This document shows, piece after piece, positions 52,988-62,880 of a DNA stretch of 64,000 nt. How positions within the stretch are numbered: position 1 is the first letter of the stretch; every line of letters begins with the position of its first letter. The stretch lies in contig JAYZQJ010000033.1 in the NCBI GenBank assembly GCA_036149055.1, positions 120,794 through 184,793 of the forward strand, read 5' to 3'. The stretch is from Myxococcota bacterium (GTDB taxonomy: Bacteria; Myxococcota_A; Polyangia; Polyangiales; Sandaracinaceae). The notes under the pieces are model-generated. The model had not been told where the DNA came from, searched no databases, and saw nothing but the letters and a program-made list of their open reading frames with translations. The position numbers were made by a program, and so were the translations under genes.

Positions 52988-54711
52988 TGCGGCTGACACG
53001 CTACGGCACGCTCCTCCTGCTCGGCTTCGCCGCGTGTGACGCGTCGATCACCGACGACCCGATGGGCGTCGCCGACACGGGCGCGGTGACGCTGGACGCG
53101 GGGGCGCCGACGGGCGGAGAGCGCGAGGACCCCGACTTCGACGCGGGGTCCTGCTTCGACGGGCTCGACAACGACCGGGACGGGCAGATGGACTGCGCCG
53201 AGGACGCGTGCGGGGTGCGCCGCGAGTGCTGCGTCGCCTCCACCTCGGTCGCCTGCTGCGGGTCCCCCTCGCCGGTCGCGCGGGTCGAGATCGCCTGCCC
53301 GGACGGCCCGGCGTCCTCCTGCGCCGCGCTCGACGGCGAGGCCCTCTTCGGCTCGCCGACGATCGAGGGCGGCGCGCTGGTCCCCCAGGGCGGCCCGGGC
53401 CACGGAGGGCTCGCGCTCGACGGGCCGATCGATCCGCGGGCGGGCAACCTGCGGCTGGAGGCGGTCGTCCGGGCCCCCGAGGTCGCGTGCGGCGACTGCG
53501 TCGACTTCGCCGGGATCGCGTTCGTCGCCGCGCCGCCGGCGCCCGGCGTCCGCGCGCCGATCTGGCTCGGGGTGCTCGGCACCAGCGGCCGCGACGAGGT
53601 CCAGGTGATCGTGGCCGACGAGGTCGTGCATCGCTTCGAGCTCCCGTTCGAGGCGATCTACGCGATCTCCCTCGAGGCGAACGGCGCGGCGACGGTCTCG
53701 GTGGATGGGGTGACGGTGCCGCTCGACGGTCTCACGCTGCCTCCCGAGGTCCACGCGGTGGTCATCGGCCGCACCGACAACCGCGCCGCCGGGGTGGAGG
53801 CGATGCGCGTGCACCGCGCCGAGCTGCAGCGGGCCGACTGCGACATGCCGGCCGCGCTCGCCCGCGCCGCGTCGCCGCGGCTGCCCGGGACCGCCTCGAG
53901 CTTCCGGCCGAACGACCTCGGGCGCGTCGCCGCGGTCGTCGACGAGGGCGCCCTCTTCGTGGTGTTCGCGGACGACGGCGATCTCTTCGTGGCGCGCGAG
54001 GCGATGAACGGCGGCCTCGTGCCTCCCGCCAGCCGGGACGAGCTCGCCGTCACGCCGCTCGACGGGACCGACGACCTGCGCGACCCGGCGCTCCACCGCG
54101 GCCCGGGCGGCGCGCTGCAGCTCTACTTCGCCGCCGAGGCCTCCGATGGCCGCAGCCGCATCTTCCGCGCGCCCCGTGAAGGCGATCGCTTCGGGACGCC
54201 CGACCTCGCGCTCGAGGTCGACGGCGCGTCGGTCGACGGTCCGGCCGTCTGGAGCACCGCCGACGGGCTGCTGCGAATGGTCGCCCGGGTGAGCCGCCCG
54301 GGGGCCCCGAGCGAGCTCGCGATCTTCGGGGCGTCCGGCGACGCGCCGCTCGAGCGGCTCGAAGGGCTGCGGCAGGCCCCGGTGGAGGATCTGTTCGCCT
54401 TCGATCGCGACGAGGTCGCCCAGCCCGCGATCGCCCAGACCGCCGACGGGCTCTACCGCCTCTACTACGCCGGGCGGCGCGGCACCGCCTGGTCGGCCGG
54501 GCTGCTCGTCTCCGAGGACGGCGTCGCCTGGCGCCCGCTCGGCCGGGTGCTCGGGCCGGACGGGGACGGCTTCGACGCCCTCTCGGTCCGCGGGCCAGCC
54601 CCGGTGGTGCGGTCCGATCTCGGGGGCGCGCTCCACCTCTACTACACGGGGAGCGACGGGGCGGGGGCCGCGATCGGCCTCGCTGGACCGGCTGGCACGC
54701 TCGGTGAATGA
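52987..54711 (+). CDS. Cys-rich lipoprotein, lectin-like plus five-bladed propeller-like (paralog 2)
   Basis: FAAC lipobox; CFDGLDNDRDGQMDC; FAFDRDEVAQP, YRLYYAGRRGTAW, DGFDALSVRGP. Confidence 0.8.
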   Translation: MRLTRYGTLLLLGFAACDASITDDPMGVADTGAVTLDAGAPTGGEREDPDFDAGSCFDGLDNDRDGQMDCAEDACGVRRECCVASTSVACCGSPSPVARVEIACPDGPASSCAALDGEALFGSPTIEGGALVPQGGPGHGGLALDGPIDPRAGNLRLEAVVRAPEVACGDCVDFAGIAFVAAPPAPGVRAPIWLGVLGTSGRDEVQVIVADEVVHRFELPFEAIYAISLEANGAATVSVDGVTVPLDGLTLPPEVHAVVIGRTDNRAAGVEAMRVHRAELQRADCDMPAALARAASPRLPGTASSFRPNDLGRVAAVVDEGALFVVFADDGDLFVAREAMNGGLVPPASRDELAVTPLDGTDDLRDPALHRGPGGALQLYFAAEASDGRSRIFRAPREGDRFGTPDLALEVDGASVDGPAVWSTADGLLRMVARVSRPGAPSELAIFGASGDAPLERLEGLRQAPVEDLFAFDRDEVAQPAIAQTADGLYRLYYAGRRGTAWSAGLLVSEDGVAWRPLGRVLGPDGDGFDALSVRGPAPVVRSDLGGALHLYYTGSDGAGAAIGLAGPAGTLGE

Positions 54712-54732
54712 TGTCTCCTCGGTAGGTCTACC

Positions 54733-56526
54733 GTGGAGAATCGTGTGCCAAGCTGTGATCGTCGCCTCCGGATCGGGCGGATCTGCACGGTCCTGCTGCT
54801 CCTCGGCGTCGGCGGCTGCACCGACGCGGGGACGGCCGCGTGCCCGGGGGCGCCCTGCTATCGAGGCGGCGACGGCGGCCCGGCCGACGAGGCGGACGCG
54901 AGCGCGGACGCGGGCATGCAGACCCCCGGCCCCCACCTGGACGCGGGCGCGCTCGGCGACGAGGCGAGCTTCGGCGCCGGGGCCTGCTTCAACGGCGTGA
55001 ACGAGGACGTCGGGCTCGACGCCGAGGACGACGGCGCGGACTGCGACGACGCCAGCTGCGCCAGCGCCGCCATCTGCTGCCTCGGGGAGAGCGACGCCGC
55101 CTGCTGCGTCGCCTCGCCTCGCGTCGTTCACGCGTTCGGAGACTGCGACGGCGTGTCCGGGTGCGCCCCCGGCGCGCTGGTGTTCGGCGCCCCGCGGGTC
55201 GCCGCCGACGGCCTCGTGCCGAACGGCGACGAGAGCGGCGACGGCGGGCTCGCGCTCGGCGAGCCCCTCGATCTCACCCGGCAGCGGGTGACCCTCACCG
55301 GGCGCCTGCGCGCGGAGGCCGAGTGCGCCGAGGACTGCCTCGAGGTCGCGGCCTTCGGCGTGGGTGACGCGCCGACCCTGGGACGCGTCCTCCCCGACGT
55401 CGCGATGGCGCTCCGGCCCGCGCGGCGGGAGATCGCGCTGCTCGTCGCCGGCGAGACGCTGCACGCGTGGCGCTACGACGGCGCGGCGGACCTCGTCGTG
55501 TCGCTCACCCTGGCGCCCACCGGCGAGCTGACGGCCGGCGTCGAGGGCATGGAGCCCGTGTCGGCGACGTTCATGCCCCGCGCCGACCGGCGCGCGCTGA
55601 TCTACGGGCGCACCCAGTCGCTGCGCGCCGAGCCCGCGCGGGTGATGAGCCTCTCGGTGGAGGCCTCGACCTGCCGGATGCCGAGCGCGCTCGATCGCTG
55701 GGACGCGCCGGAGATCCCCTGGGGCGAGCCGTGGGCCGGTCAGGCGCCGCGGAGCCCCAGCGTGCTCGCCGACGACGAGACCCTTCGGCTGGCCTTCGAG
55801 CTCGACGGGAGCCTCTTCGTCGCGGTGCGCGATCCCTCCGGCGCCTGGCGCATGCAGGGCTCCGACCTCGACGATCCCGTGCTGCGCGCCCCGGCGGGCA
55901 CGCGCTACGCGGACCCGGACCTGGTGCGGACCGAGGCGGGCGACTTCCTGCTGCTCACCGTGGAGTCCGACGGCCAGACCCGGCTCGCCGTCTCCGGCCC
56001 GGTGGAGCTGGCCTCCGCCCGCTTCCCCGACCCGCGTGTCCTCGGCGAGCCGGATCTGCGGGCCCCGAGCGCGGCGGTGACGCCGGACGGCGAGGTCCTG
56101 ATCGCGGCGGTCCGAGGGCGTGCGAGCGGCAGCCGCGTGCTCCTCTTCGACTCCGACCCGGCGTTCACCTCGCTGTCCCCGAAGGTGGAGCAGCCGATCG
56201 TCACCGCGAGCGGCGAGCTGTTCCGCTTCGACGAGCAGGAGGTCGCCGACCCGGCGCTGATGGTCGACGGCGACGGTCTGCTCCGCCTCTACTACGCCGG
56301 GCGCCGCGGGACCCGCTGGGCGCTCGGCCTGCGCGCCTCGATCGACCGCGAGCACTTCCGCGAGATCGGCGGCGGCGCCCCGATCCTGACGCCGTCCGGC
56401 AGCGGCTTCGACGCCCTGAGCGTGCGGGCGCCCGACGCGCGCTGGGACGGCGACGCGGTGGAGCTCTGGTTCGGCGCGCACAGCGGCGCCGCCTGGTCGA
56501 TCGGCGCGGCGGTGGAGGCCCGATGA
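54733..56526 (+). CDS. Cys-rich lipoprotein, lectin-like plus five-bladed propeller-like (paralog 3)
   Basis: VGGC lipobox; CFNGVNED...DC; FRFDEQEVADP, LRLYYAGRRGTRW, SGFDALSVRAP. Confidence 0.8.
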   Translation: MENRVPSCDRRLRIGRICTVLLLLGVGGCTDAGTAACPGAPCYRGGDGGPADEADASADAGMQTPGPHLDAGALGDEASFGAGACFNGVNEDVGLDAEDDGADCDDASCASAAICCLGESDAACCVASPRVVHAFGDCDGVSGCAPGALVFGAPRVAADGLVPNGDESGDGGLALGEPLDLTRQRVTLTGRLRAEAECAEDCLEVAAFGVGDAPTLGRVLPDVAMALRPARREIALLVAGETLHAWRYDGAADLVVSLTLAPTGELTAGVEGMEPVSATFMPRADRRALIYGRTQSLRAEPARVMSLSVEASTCRMPSALDRWDAPEIPWGEPWAGQAPRSPSVLADDETLRLAFELDGSLFVAVRDPSGAWRMQGSDLDDPVLRAPAGTRYADPDLVRTEAGDFLLLTVESDGQTRLAVSGPVELASARFPDPRVLGEPDLRAPSAAVTPDGEVLIAAVRGRASGSRVLLFDSDPAFTSLSPKVEQPIVTASGELFRFDEQEVADPALMVDGDGLLRLYYAGRRGTRWALGLRASIDREHFREIGGGAPILTPSGSGFDALSVRAPDARWDGDAVELWFGAHSGAAWSIGAAVEAR

Positions 56527-58349
56527 GATCCACCGCCCGGTGGCTCGGGATCGCGCTCCTGCTCGTCTTGCCGGCGTGCGCGTTGAGCCCCGGCGCCGAT
56601 CGCGACGGCGACGGAGGCGCGTCGTTCGACGCGGGCGGCGCGTTCGTGGACGCGGGCGTCGCCCCCGGCGTCGACGGCGGCGCCACGGACGCCAGCCCGC
56701 CTCCGTCCGCCGAGCCGGAGTTCGACGCCTCGCGCGGCGGCCTGGCCGCGTGCTTCGACGGGGTCGACAACGACGTGGGCGGCGGCGGGGCCGACTGCGA
56801 CGACCGCAGCTGCCGCCGGGGCGTGCCCGCCTGCTGCGTGGGGCGAGACGGCGAGGGCTGCTGCGACGACGGCGTGGCCGAGCCCCTCCCCTTCGCCGGA
56901 TGCGACGCCGGGCTCGGCGGCTGCCCCGCCCTCGACGGCTACTCCGTCTTCGGCGCCCCCTCCCCGCGGGTCGAAGGCGGCGCGCTCCTCCCGGGCGGGC
57001 AGGACGCGGAGAGCGGCCTGCTCTTCCCCGAGCGCCTCGATCCGCGCGAGGGGCCGATCGCGCTGACCGCCGAGATCGCCACCCCGGCGGCGCCGCCGAC
57101 CGGCGGGCAGATCGAGGTCGTCGGCTTCGGCCTCGTCGACGCCGACGTCGACCCGGGTGGGCTCGGGCGCGTGTCGCCGGTCGCCGGCTTCCGGGTGAGC
57201 CGCAACCGGGCGGAGCTCGCCTTCGTGATCGCGGGCGAGACGCTGCTGCGCGAGCGGATCGAGACCGACACCCCGGTGTCCTATCGCCTGACGGTCGCGC
57301 CCTCGGGCCGCATCGCGCTCTCCGCCGACGGCCGGGAGGTGGCGGCCATCGACCTGCCGCTCGCCGGCGGCTTCCGCGCCGTGCTCTACGGCCGCACCGC
57401 CAACGAGCCGGGGGAGAGCCCGCCCCACACCCGGGTGGTCGGCGCCTCGGTCCAGCGCGGCGCGTGCGACATGCCGGACGCGAACGCGCGGCGCGACGCC
57501 CCCGCGATCCCGGCGCCCGGGGACCCGAGCTGGGCCGACGCGGTCGACTTCATCGGCGAGCCGGACGTGCTCCGCTTCGAGCACGAAGAAGCGACCCAGG
57601 TGGTCATGGCCTTCTCGCTCGGCGACGCCATCTACCTCGCCCGCCCGGGCATGGGCGGCTTCGTGCCGAGCACCGCCGTCGGCATGCCCGCGCTGACCGA
57701 GGGGGTGCCCGGCGCCCCGTTCGCCGCCAGCGGCGTGCGCTCTCCCGCCCTCCGCCACGACGGCGAAGGCGGCGTCGAGATCTGGTTCGTGGCCGAGAAC
57801 GGCGACGCCACCTCGATCGCGCGCGCGCGTCCTCCGGCGAGCGGGCATGCCTACACCGACCTGGAGGAGGTGCTGCCGGCGGAGCCGGGCACCCGCTTCG
57901 AGAGCGTCGACGTGTTCGAGGTGGGCGGCGACCTCCGCTTCGTCGCCGCCGTCCGGGACGCCGAGGGCACGCACCTCCGCGTCTACCGCTCGAACGGGGA
58001 CGGCTGGATGGCCACCCCCGTGCTTTCCAACCGGGCCGACGCCCTCTTCGCGTTCGACCGGGACGAGGTCGGCGACCCGTCGGTCGCGTTCGAGGGGGGC
58101 GCCTACCGTCTGTACTTCGCCGGCCGCCGCGGCACCCGCTGGTCGATCGCGGTGCGCGCGTCCGGGGACGGGCTGACCTTCGTCGAGCCGCCGAACAGCC
58201 TGGTGCTCGAGCCCTCCGGCGACGGCTTCGACGCGCTCGAGGTCCGCGGGCCCAGCGCGGCCGTGCTCGACGGCTCCCTGCACCTCTACTACGAGGGCTC
58301 GGACGGCTCGCGCAGCCGCGTCGGCGTCGCCATCGGGCCGGCTCCCTGA
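56523..58349 (+). CDS. Cys-rich lipoprotein, lectin-like plus five-bladed propeller-like (paralog 4)
   Basis: LPAC lipobox; CFDGVDND...DC; FAFDRDEVGDP, YRLYFAGRRGTRW, DGFDALEVRGP. Confidence 0.8.
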   Translation: MRSTARWLGIALLLVLPACALSPGADRDGDGGASFDAGGAFVDAGVAPGVDGGATDASPPPSAEPEFDASRGGLAACFDGVDNDVGGGGADCDDRSCRRGVPACCVGRDGEGCCDDGVAEPLPFAGCDAGLGGCPALDGYSVFGAPSPRVEGGALLPGGQDAESGLLFPERLDPREGPIALTAEIATPAAPPTGGQIEVVGFGLVDADVDPGGLGRVSPVAGFRVSRNRAELAFVIAGETLLRERIETDTPVSYRLTVAPSGRIALSADGREVAAIDLPLAGGFRAVLYGRTANEPGESPPHTRVVGASVQRGACDMPDANARRDAPAIPAPGDPSWADAVDFIGEPDVLRFEHEEATQVVMAFSLGDAIYLARPGMGGFVPSTAVGMPALTEGVPGAPFAASGVRSPALRHDGEGGVEIWFVAENGDATSIARARPPASGHAYTDLEEVLPAEPGTRFESVDVFEVGGDLRFVAAVRDAEGTHLRVYRSNGDGWMATPVLSNRADALFAFDRDEVGDPSVAFEGGAYRLYFAGRRGTRWSIAVRASGDGLTFVEPPNSLVLEPSGDGFDALEVRGPSAAVLDGSLHLYYEGSDGSRSRVGVAIGPAP

Positions 58350-58362
58350 TACAGGGAGGCTC

Positions 58363-59304
58363 GTGACCCGGGCCGAGACGACGGTGGACGAAGGGGCGGC
58401 GGGGCAGACCCTGGCCGCGGTGGTGCGCGCGCTCCTCGACGTGCCCTGGAGCAAGGCCAAGAGCCTCTGCACCAGCGGGCGGGTGTGGATCGACGGCGCC
58501 GCGTGCACCGATCTCGCGCGCCGCGTGAAGGCGGGCGAGCGGATCGTGGTGGACGAGGCGGCGCCGAAGAAGCGGGCCGGGGTGCTCGACCGCGACGCGA
58601 TCCTGCACTCGGACGCCGACGTGGTGGTGGTGCGCAAGGACGCCGACCTGCTGACCCTGCCCTTCCACGGCGACGAGAAGGACACGCTGGTCGACCAGAC
58701 CCGCGCCGCGCTCCAGCGCATGATCCCGCGGCGGCGCAAGGGCCGCGATCCGATGGTCGGCGTGGTGCAGCGGCTCGACAAGGACACGACCGGGGTGCTC
58801 GTCTTCGCCCGCAACATGAGCGCGAAGCGGTCGCTCGAGGCCCAGCTCCGGGCGCACACCGTCGGGCGCCGCTACCTCGCGATCGCGCACGGCGCGGTCG
58901 CCACCGCGACCCACACCACCTCGCTGGTGCAGGACCGCGGAGACGGCCTCCGGGGCAGCTGGGGAACGCGCCCGGAGCACCGCGGGCCGCCGCCCCCGAA
59001 GGCGAAGGTGTCGGTCACCCACGTCCGCCTGCTCGAGGCCCTGAAGGGAGCGTCGCTCTGCGAGTGTCGGCTCGAGACCGGGCGGCAGCACCAGATCCGG
59101 ATCCACCTCGCCGAGGCCGGCCACCCCCTGGTCGGCGAGCGGGTCTACGTGCGGGATCACCAGGGCCCCACGATCGAGGCGGGCCGGCCGATGCTGCACG
59201 CGACCGAGCTGAGCTTCGAGCACCCGCGCACCGGCGAGCGGCTGCGCTTCCGGGTCGATCCCCCGGACGACTTCGAGCGCCTCCTCGCGCGCCTCCGCGG
59301 TTGA
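58363..59304 (+). CDS. RluA/RluD-family 23S rRNA pseudouridine synthase
   Basis: S4-like N-terminus; QRLDKDTTG, LETGRQHQIRIH, HPLVGE, MLHA. Confidence 0.93.
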   Translation: MTRAETTVDEGAAGQTLAAVVRALLDVPWSKAKSLCTSGRVWIDGAACTDLARRVKAGERIVVDEAAPKKRAGVLDRDAILHSDADVVVVRKDADLLTLPFHGDEKDTLVDQTRAALQRMIPRRRKGRDPMVGVVQRLDKDTTGVLVFARNMSAKRSLEAQLRAHTVGRRYLAIAHGAVATATHTTSLVQDRGDGLRGSWGTRPEHRGPPPPKAKVSVTHVRLLEALKGASLCECRLETGRQHQIRIHLAEAGHPLVGERVYVRDHQGPTIEAGRPMLHATELSFEHPRTGERLRFRVDPPDDFERLLARLRG

Positions 59305-59339
59305 CGCGATCGTCCCTTCGCGCGAGCGTGCGGGCGTCG

Positions 59340-59978
59340 ATGTCCGACCGAGAGAGAGAATGGTCGACCCGGATCGCGCAGGCCGGCGCGGGCCTGGTCG
59401 CGGTGGGCGCGCTGCTGCTCACCTTCGACGTCACGGCGCAGGAGCAGCGCGCCTTCGGCTGGTACGCGCTGGTCCCGGGCGTGCTCGCCCTCCTCGCGGC
59501 TGGCGTGCTGCGCGGCGCCGCCGACGCGGCCGGGGTGAAGGCGCCCCCGATCGTGGAGCCGCCGCAGGGCAAGGTCGCCACCTGGCTGGCGATCGCCTTC
59601 GGCGCCGGCCTCCTCGTCCAGGCGCTGATCCCCTTGCGCTACTACTTCGGGAGCGATCCCTACGACGAGCGCTTCGCGTGGCGCATGTTCTCGAACGTCC
59701 GCGTCTACCGCTGCGACCTCGGCGCCTTCGAGACCCGGAGCGGCTACGAGCGACCGGTCAGCCTCATGCAGACCATTCACGTCGGCTGGGGCAGCCTCCT
59801 GCGCCGCAACCGCCCGGCGGTGATGGACGCCTACCTGGAGTGGCGCTGCGAGCAGGAGGGCGTCACGGCGGCCCGGCTGCTGAACCGCTGCGTCTCCCCC
59901 GCGGGAGAGGCGGTGCCCGACGTCGTGCGCCGGATCGACTGCGCGGACGGGGCTCTGGACGATGGAGAGGAGCGATGA
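59340..59978 (+). CDS. Membrane protein resembling the C-terminal/lumenal part of vitamin-K-dependent carboxylase-like proteins
   Basis: 3 TM helices, then QALIPLRYY...ERFAWRMFS. Confidence 0.6.
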   Translation: MSDREREWSTRIAQAGAGLVAVGALLLTFDVTAQEQRAFGWYALVPGVLALLAAGVLRGAADAAGVKAPPIVEPPQGKVATWLAIAFGAGLLVQALIPLRYYFGSDPYDERFAWRMFSNVRVYRCDLGAFETRSGYERPVSLMQTIHVGWGSLLRRNRPAVMDAYLEWRCEQEGVTAARLLNRCVSPAGEAVPDVVRRIDCADGALDDGEER

Positions 59979-61609
59979 GCGCGCTCTCGCGGACCCTCTA
60001 CGTGCCGGTGGCCGCGGTGCGGCCCTACCTGGCGCTCAAGTGCACGCTCATCCTGCTCGCCTTCGACGTCTGGATCGCGAGGCTCTACAAGGGCCACGGC
60101 CACGGCGCGGGCGGCTTCAACGTCGCGCACTTCGGCTTGCTCGACGCGGTGCAGCCGTCGATCAGCGCGCCGCTCTACGTCGGCGTGATCGTGCTGACCG
60201 GCGCCCTCTGCCTGACGATCGCCATCGCGTCCCGGCCGCCGCGCGCCCTCATCGTGCTCGCGTTCCTGCTGCACACGTGGAGCTGGGCGATGAGCATGCT
60301 GGACAGCTACCAGCATCACTACCTGCTCTCGATCGTGCTGCTGGCCCTCGCGTTCTTCCCCCGGCTGACCGCCGAGGAGGCGCTCCTGCCGCCGAGCGCG
60401 CCGGTGAAGCGCGACGCGCCGGGGGACGAGGGCAAGCGCAAGAGGCGGAAGAAGAAGCAGGCCGAGAAGAAGAAGGAGGCGCCGGAGGGATCGGCGCTGC
60501 TCCGGCCCTTCCCGCTCGTCAGCGCCGGGGGCTACGCGTTCCTCGCCGCGAGCGTGGCCGTCGTCTACGCCTACACCGCGCTGAGCAAGACCGACCCCGA
60601 GTGGCTCGCCGGGGCGGCGCTGAAGAGCGTCCTGCACCTCCAGGAGAACGGCATGCCGGCGCCGGGGCGCGACGATCCGATCAGCTTCTTCCGCGAGCTC
60701 GCCGCCAGCTTCGGCCTCGCCGGCGAGACCTTCTGGTGGTTCATGGGACACTCGGTGGTCGGCGTGCAGCTCGTCTGCGCGCTCGGGTACCTGCTCGCGC
60801 CCTTCCGCGACGTGACGACCGCGCTCTGGATGCACGCGCTCGGCTGGCTCGCGCTCTTCACCGCGCTCAGCTTCCACCTCGGCGCCGAGTACATGGGCCT
60901 CGAGATCGGCTGGTTCAGCTACTACATGATCGGCTACGCGCTGATCTTCTTCCTGCCCGGCCGTTGGCTGGTGATCGCGGCGCGCGCCCTCGTCCCGCTC
61001 CTCGGCGCGTCGCTCGGGCCCGAGGTGATCGCCGCCCGCATCCTCGCCGGGCTCGTGCTGCTGGCGGCGGGCTTCGGCGCGGAGCTGCCGGTCGTGGGCT
61101 GGCTCGGCGTCGCGATCCTGGCCCTGACGCCCATCCGGTTGATCGCCAAGGCCGCCTGGACCCGGGAGGCGGCGAGCCGCGAGACGCAGACCCACCACGT
61201 GGCCCTCGGCGCGGCCGGGATCGGCGCCGCCGTGCTGGTGGCCGGCGGCTACATCGCCGATATGCCGGGCGCGCCGGCGGCGGCCATCGCGGGCGCGGTG
61301 CTGCTCGGCGCCGGCGTGGTCTACCTGCTCGTCGCCAAGGGGCAGGCCCGGGCCATTCACGGCTACGGCGTCGGCGCGGCGATCGCCGGCCTCGCGCTGA
61401 TCGCGTCGATGGCGCTCTCCGAGACGCGCTGGGACTTCTACCGCAACTACGGCGGCAACCACCGCCGGCTCGGCGAGTGGGCGATCGCCTACCACGCCTA
61501 CCAGAAGGCGGTGCGCTACGCGCCCGACGACGACGCGGCCGACAGCCGGCAGCGCCGCGTCGACGAGATGCGCGCCAACATCGAGCGCGACGGCCCGAGG
61601 CGGCCATGA
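59975..61609 (+). CDS. HTTM-domain (vitamin-K-dependent carboxylase-like) membrane protein with C-terminal TPR
   Basis: SYQHHYLL, YAYTALSKTDPEWLAG, FHL...IGWFSYYM; terminal AYQKAVRYAP TPR. Confidence 0.8.
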   Translation: MSALSRTLYVPVAAVRPYLALKCTLILLAFDVWIARLYKGHGHGAGGFNVAHFGLLDAVQPSISAPLYVGVIVLTGALCLTIAIASRPPRALIVLAFLLHTWSWAMSMLDSYQHHYLLSIVLLALAFFPRLTAEEALLPPSAPVKRDAPGDEGKRKRRKKKQAEKKKEAPEGSALLRPFPLVSAGGYAFLAASVAVVYAYTALSKTDPEWLAGAALKSVLHLQENGMPAPGRDDPISFFRELAASFGLAGETFWWFMGHSVVGVQLVCALGYLLAPFRDVTTALWMHALGWLALFTALSFHLGAEYMGLEIGWFSYYMIGYALIFFLPGRWLVIAARALVPLLGASLGPEVIAARILAGLVLLAAGFGAELPVVGWLGVAILALTPIRLIAKAAWTREAASRETQTHHVALGAAGIGAAVLVAGGYIADMPGAPAAAIAGAVLLGAGVVYLLVAKGQARAIHGYGVGAAIAGLALIASMALSETRWDFYRNYGGNHRRLGEWAIAYHAYQKAVRYAPDDDAADSRQRRVDEMRANIERDGPRRP

Positions 61610-62817
61610 TCACGCGTGAAGACGAGCACCTCGTCCTGCCCGGTCTGGCGACCGCCCACTCGCACGCCTTCCAGCGCGCGCTCCGGGGACGCACCCATCG
61701 ACGCAGCGCGCATGGACGCAGCGGCTCGTTCTGGAGCTGGCGCGGCCTCATGTACCAGCTCGCCGGCGCGCTCGACCCGCGGTCCATCTACGACCTGTCG
61801 CGCTACGCCTTCGTCGAGCTCGCAATGAGCGGGGTCACCGCGGTGGGCGAGTTCCACTACGTGCACCACCAGCCGGACGGAACGCCCTACGACGACCGCA
61901 CCGAGCTGGCCGACGCGGTGATCCGCGCCGCGCTCGACGCCGGGATCCGCGTCTCGCTGCTGCGCGTGATCTACCAGCGCCCCGGGCTCGGCCGGCCGCT
62001 CGAGCCGACGCAGCGGCGCTTCTCGGACGACGACGTGGAGGACGCGCTGAAGGACGTGGAGGCGTTGATCTCGCGCTGGGCGGGCGAGCCCCGGGTGACC
62101 GTCGGCGTCGCGCCGCACAGCGTCCGCGCCGTCCCGCTCGAGGCGCTCCGTGAGGCCGCCGCCTTCACCGACGCGCGCGGGCTCCCGCTCCACATGCACG
62201 TCAGCGAGCAGCGGCGGGAGATCCACGAGTGCCTCGCCGAGCACGGGCGCCGACCGGTGCAGCTCCTCGCCGACGAGGGCCTGCTGAGCGAGCGCTTCGT
62301 CGGCGTGCACGCGACCCACCTCGACGCGGCGGAGATCCGCGCGCTCGGCGAGGCCCGGGCGTTCGCGTGCGTCTGCCGCACCACCGAGCGAGACCTCGGC
62401 GACGGCCTCCCGCGGCTCGGCGACCTGCTCCGATCCGGCGCGCGCCTCTGCTTCGGCACCGACAGCCACGCCATCGGCGATCCCTTCGAGGAGGCGCGGG
62501 CGGCCGAGCTCGACGAGCGGAGCCGCACCGAGAAGCGCGCCCTCGTCGAGCCCGACGCGCTCTTCGACGCGGCCAGCGCCGAGGGCCACGCGGCGCTCGG
62601 CATGGGCGGCCGCGAGCGCGAGGACGTCGTCCGCCTCGACGGCCCGGAGCTCGCCGGCGTCGACGCCCCCTTCGAGGACGCGGTGATCTTCGCCGCCAAC
62701 GCCCGCTGCGTGCGCGAGGTCGAGGTCGCCGGTGAGCGCCTGGTCGAGGGCGGCGTGCACCGCGCCTACGACGACGCGCGGGTGAAGTACGAGGCCACTT
62801 TACGCGCGCTGCTGTAG
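61606..62817 (+). CDS. hutF: Formimidoylglutamate deiminase
   Basis: LPGLATAHSHAFQRA, SFWSWR, VGEFHYVHH, APHSVRA, HMHVSEQ, HATH, TERDLGDG, GTDSH. Confidence 0.88.
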   Translation: MITREDEHLVLPGLATAHSHAFQRALRGRTHRRSAHGRSGSFWSWRGLMYQLAGALDPRSIYDLSRYAFVELAMSGVTAVGEFHYVHHQPDGTPYDDRTELADAVIRAALDAGIRVSLLRVIYQRPGLGRPLEPTQRRFSDDDVEDALKDVEALISRWAGEPRVTVGVAPHSVRAVPLEALREAAAFTDARGLPLHMHVSEQRREIHECLAEHGRRPVQLLADEGLLSERFVGVHATHLDAAEIRALGEARAFACVCRTTERDLGDGLPRLGDLLRSGARLCFGTDSHAIGDPFEEARAAELDERSRTEKRALVEPDALFDAASAEGHAALGMGGREREDVVRLDGPELAGVDAPFEDAVIFAANARCVREVEVAGERLVEGGVHRAYDDARVKYEATLRALL

Positions 62818-62880
62818 CCCGGCTCGCACGAAACCAGGATGTTACTTGCAATCCCGCAGTGACGGAGACGTCATCCCGGC

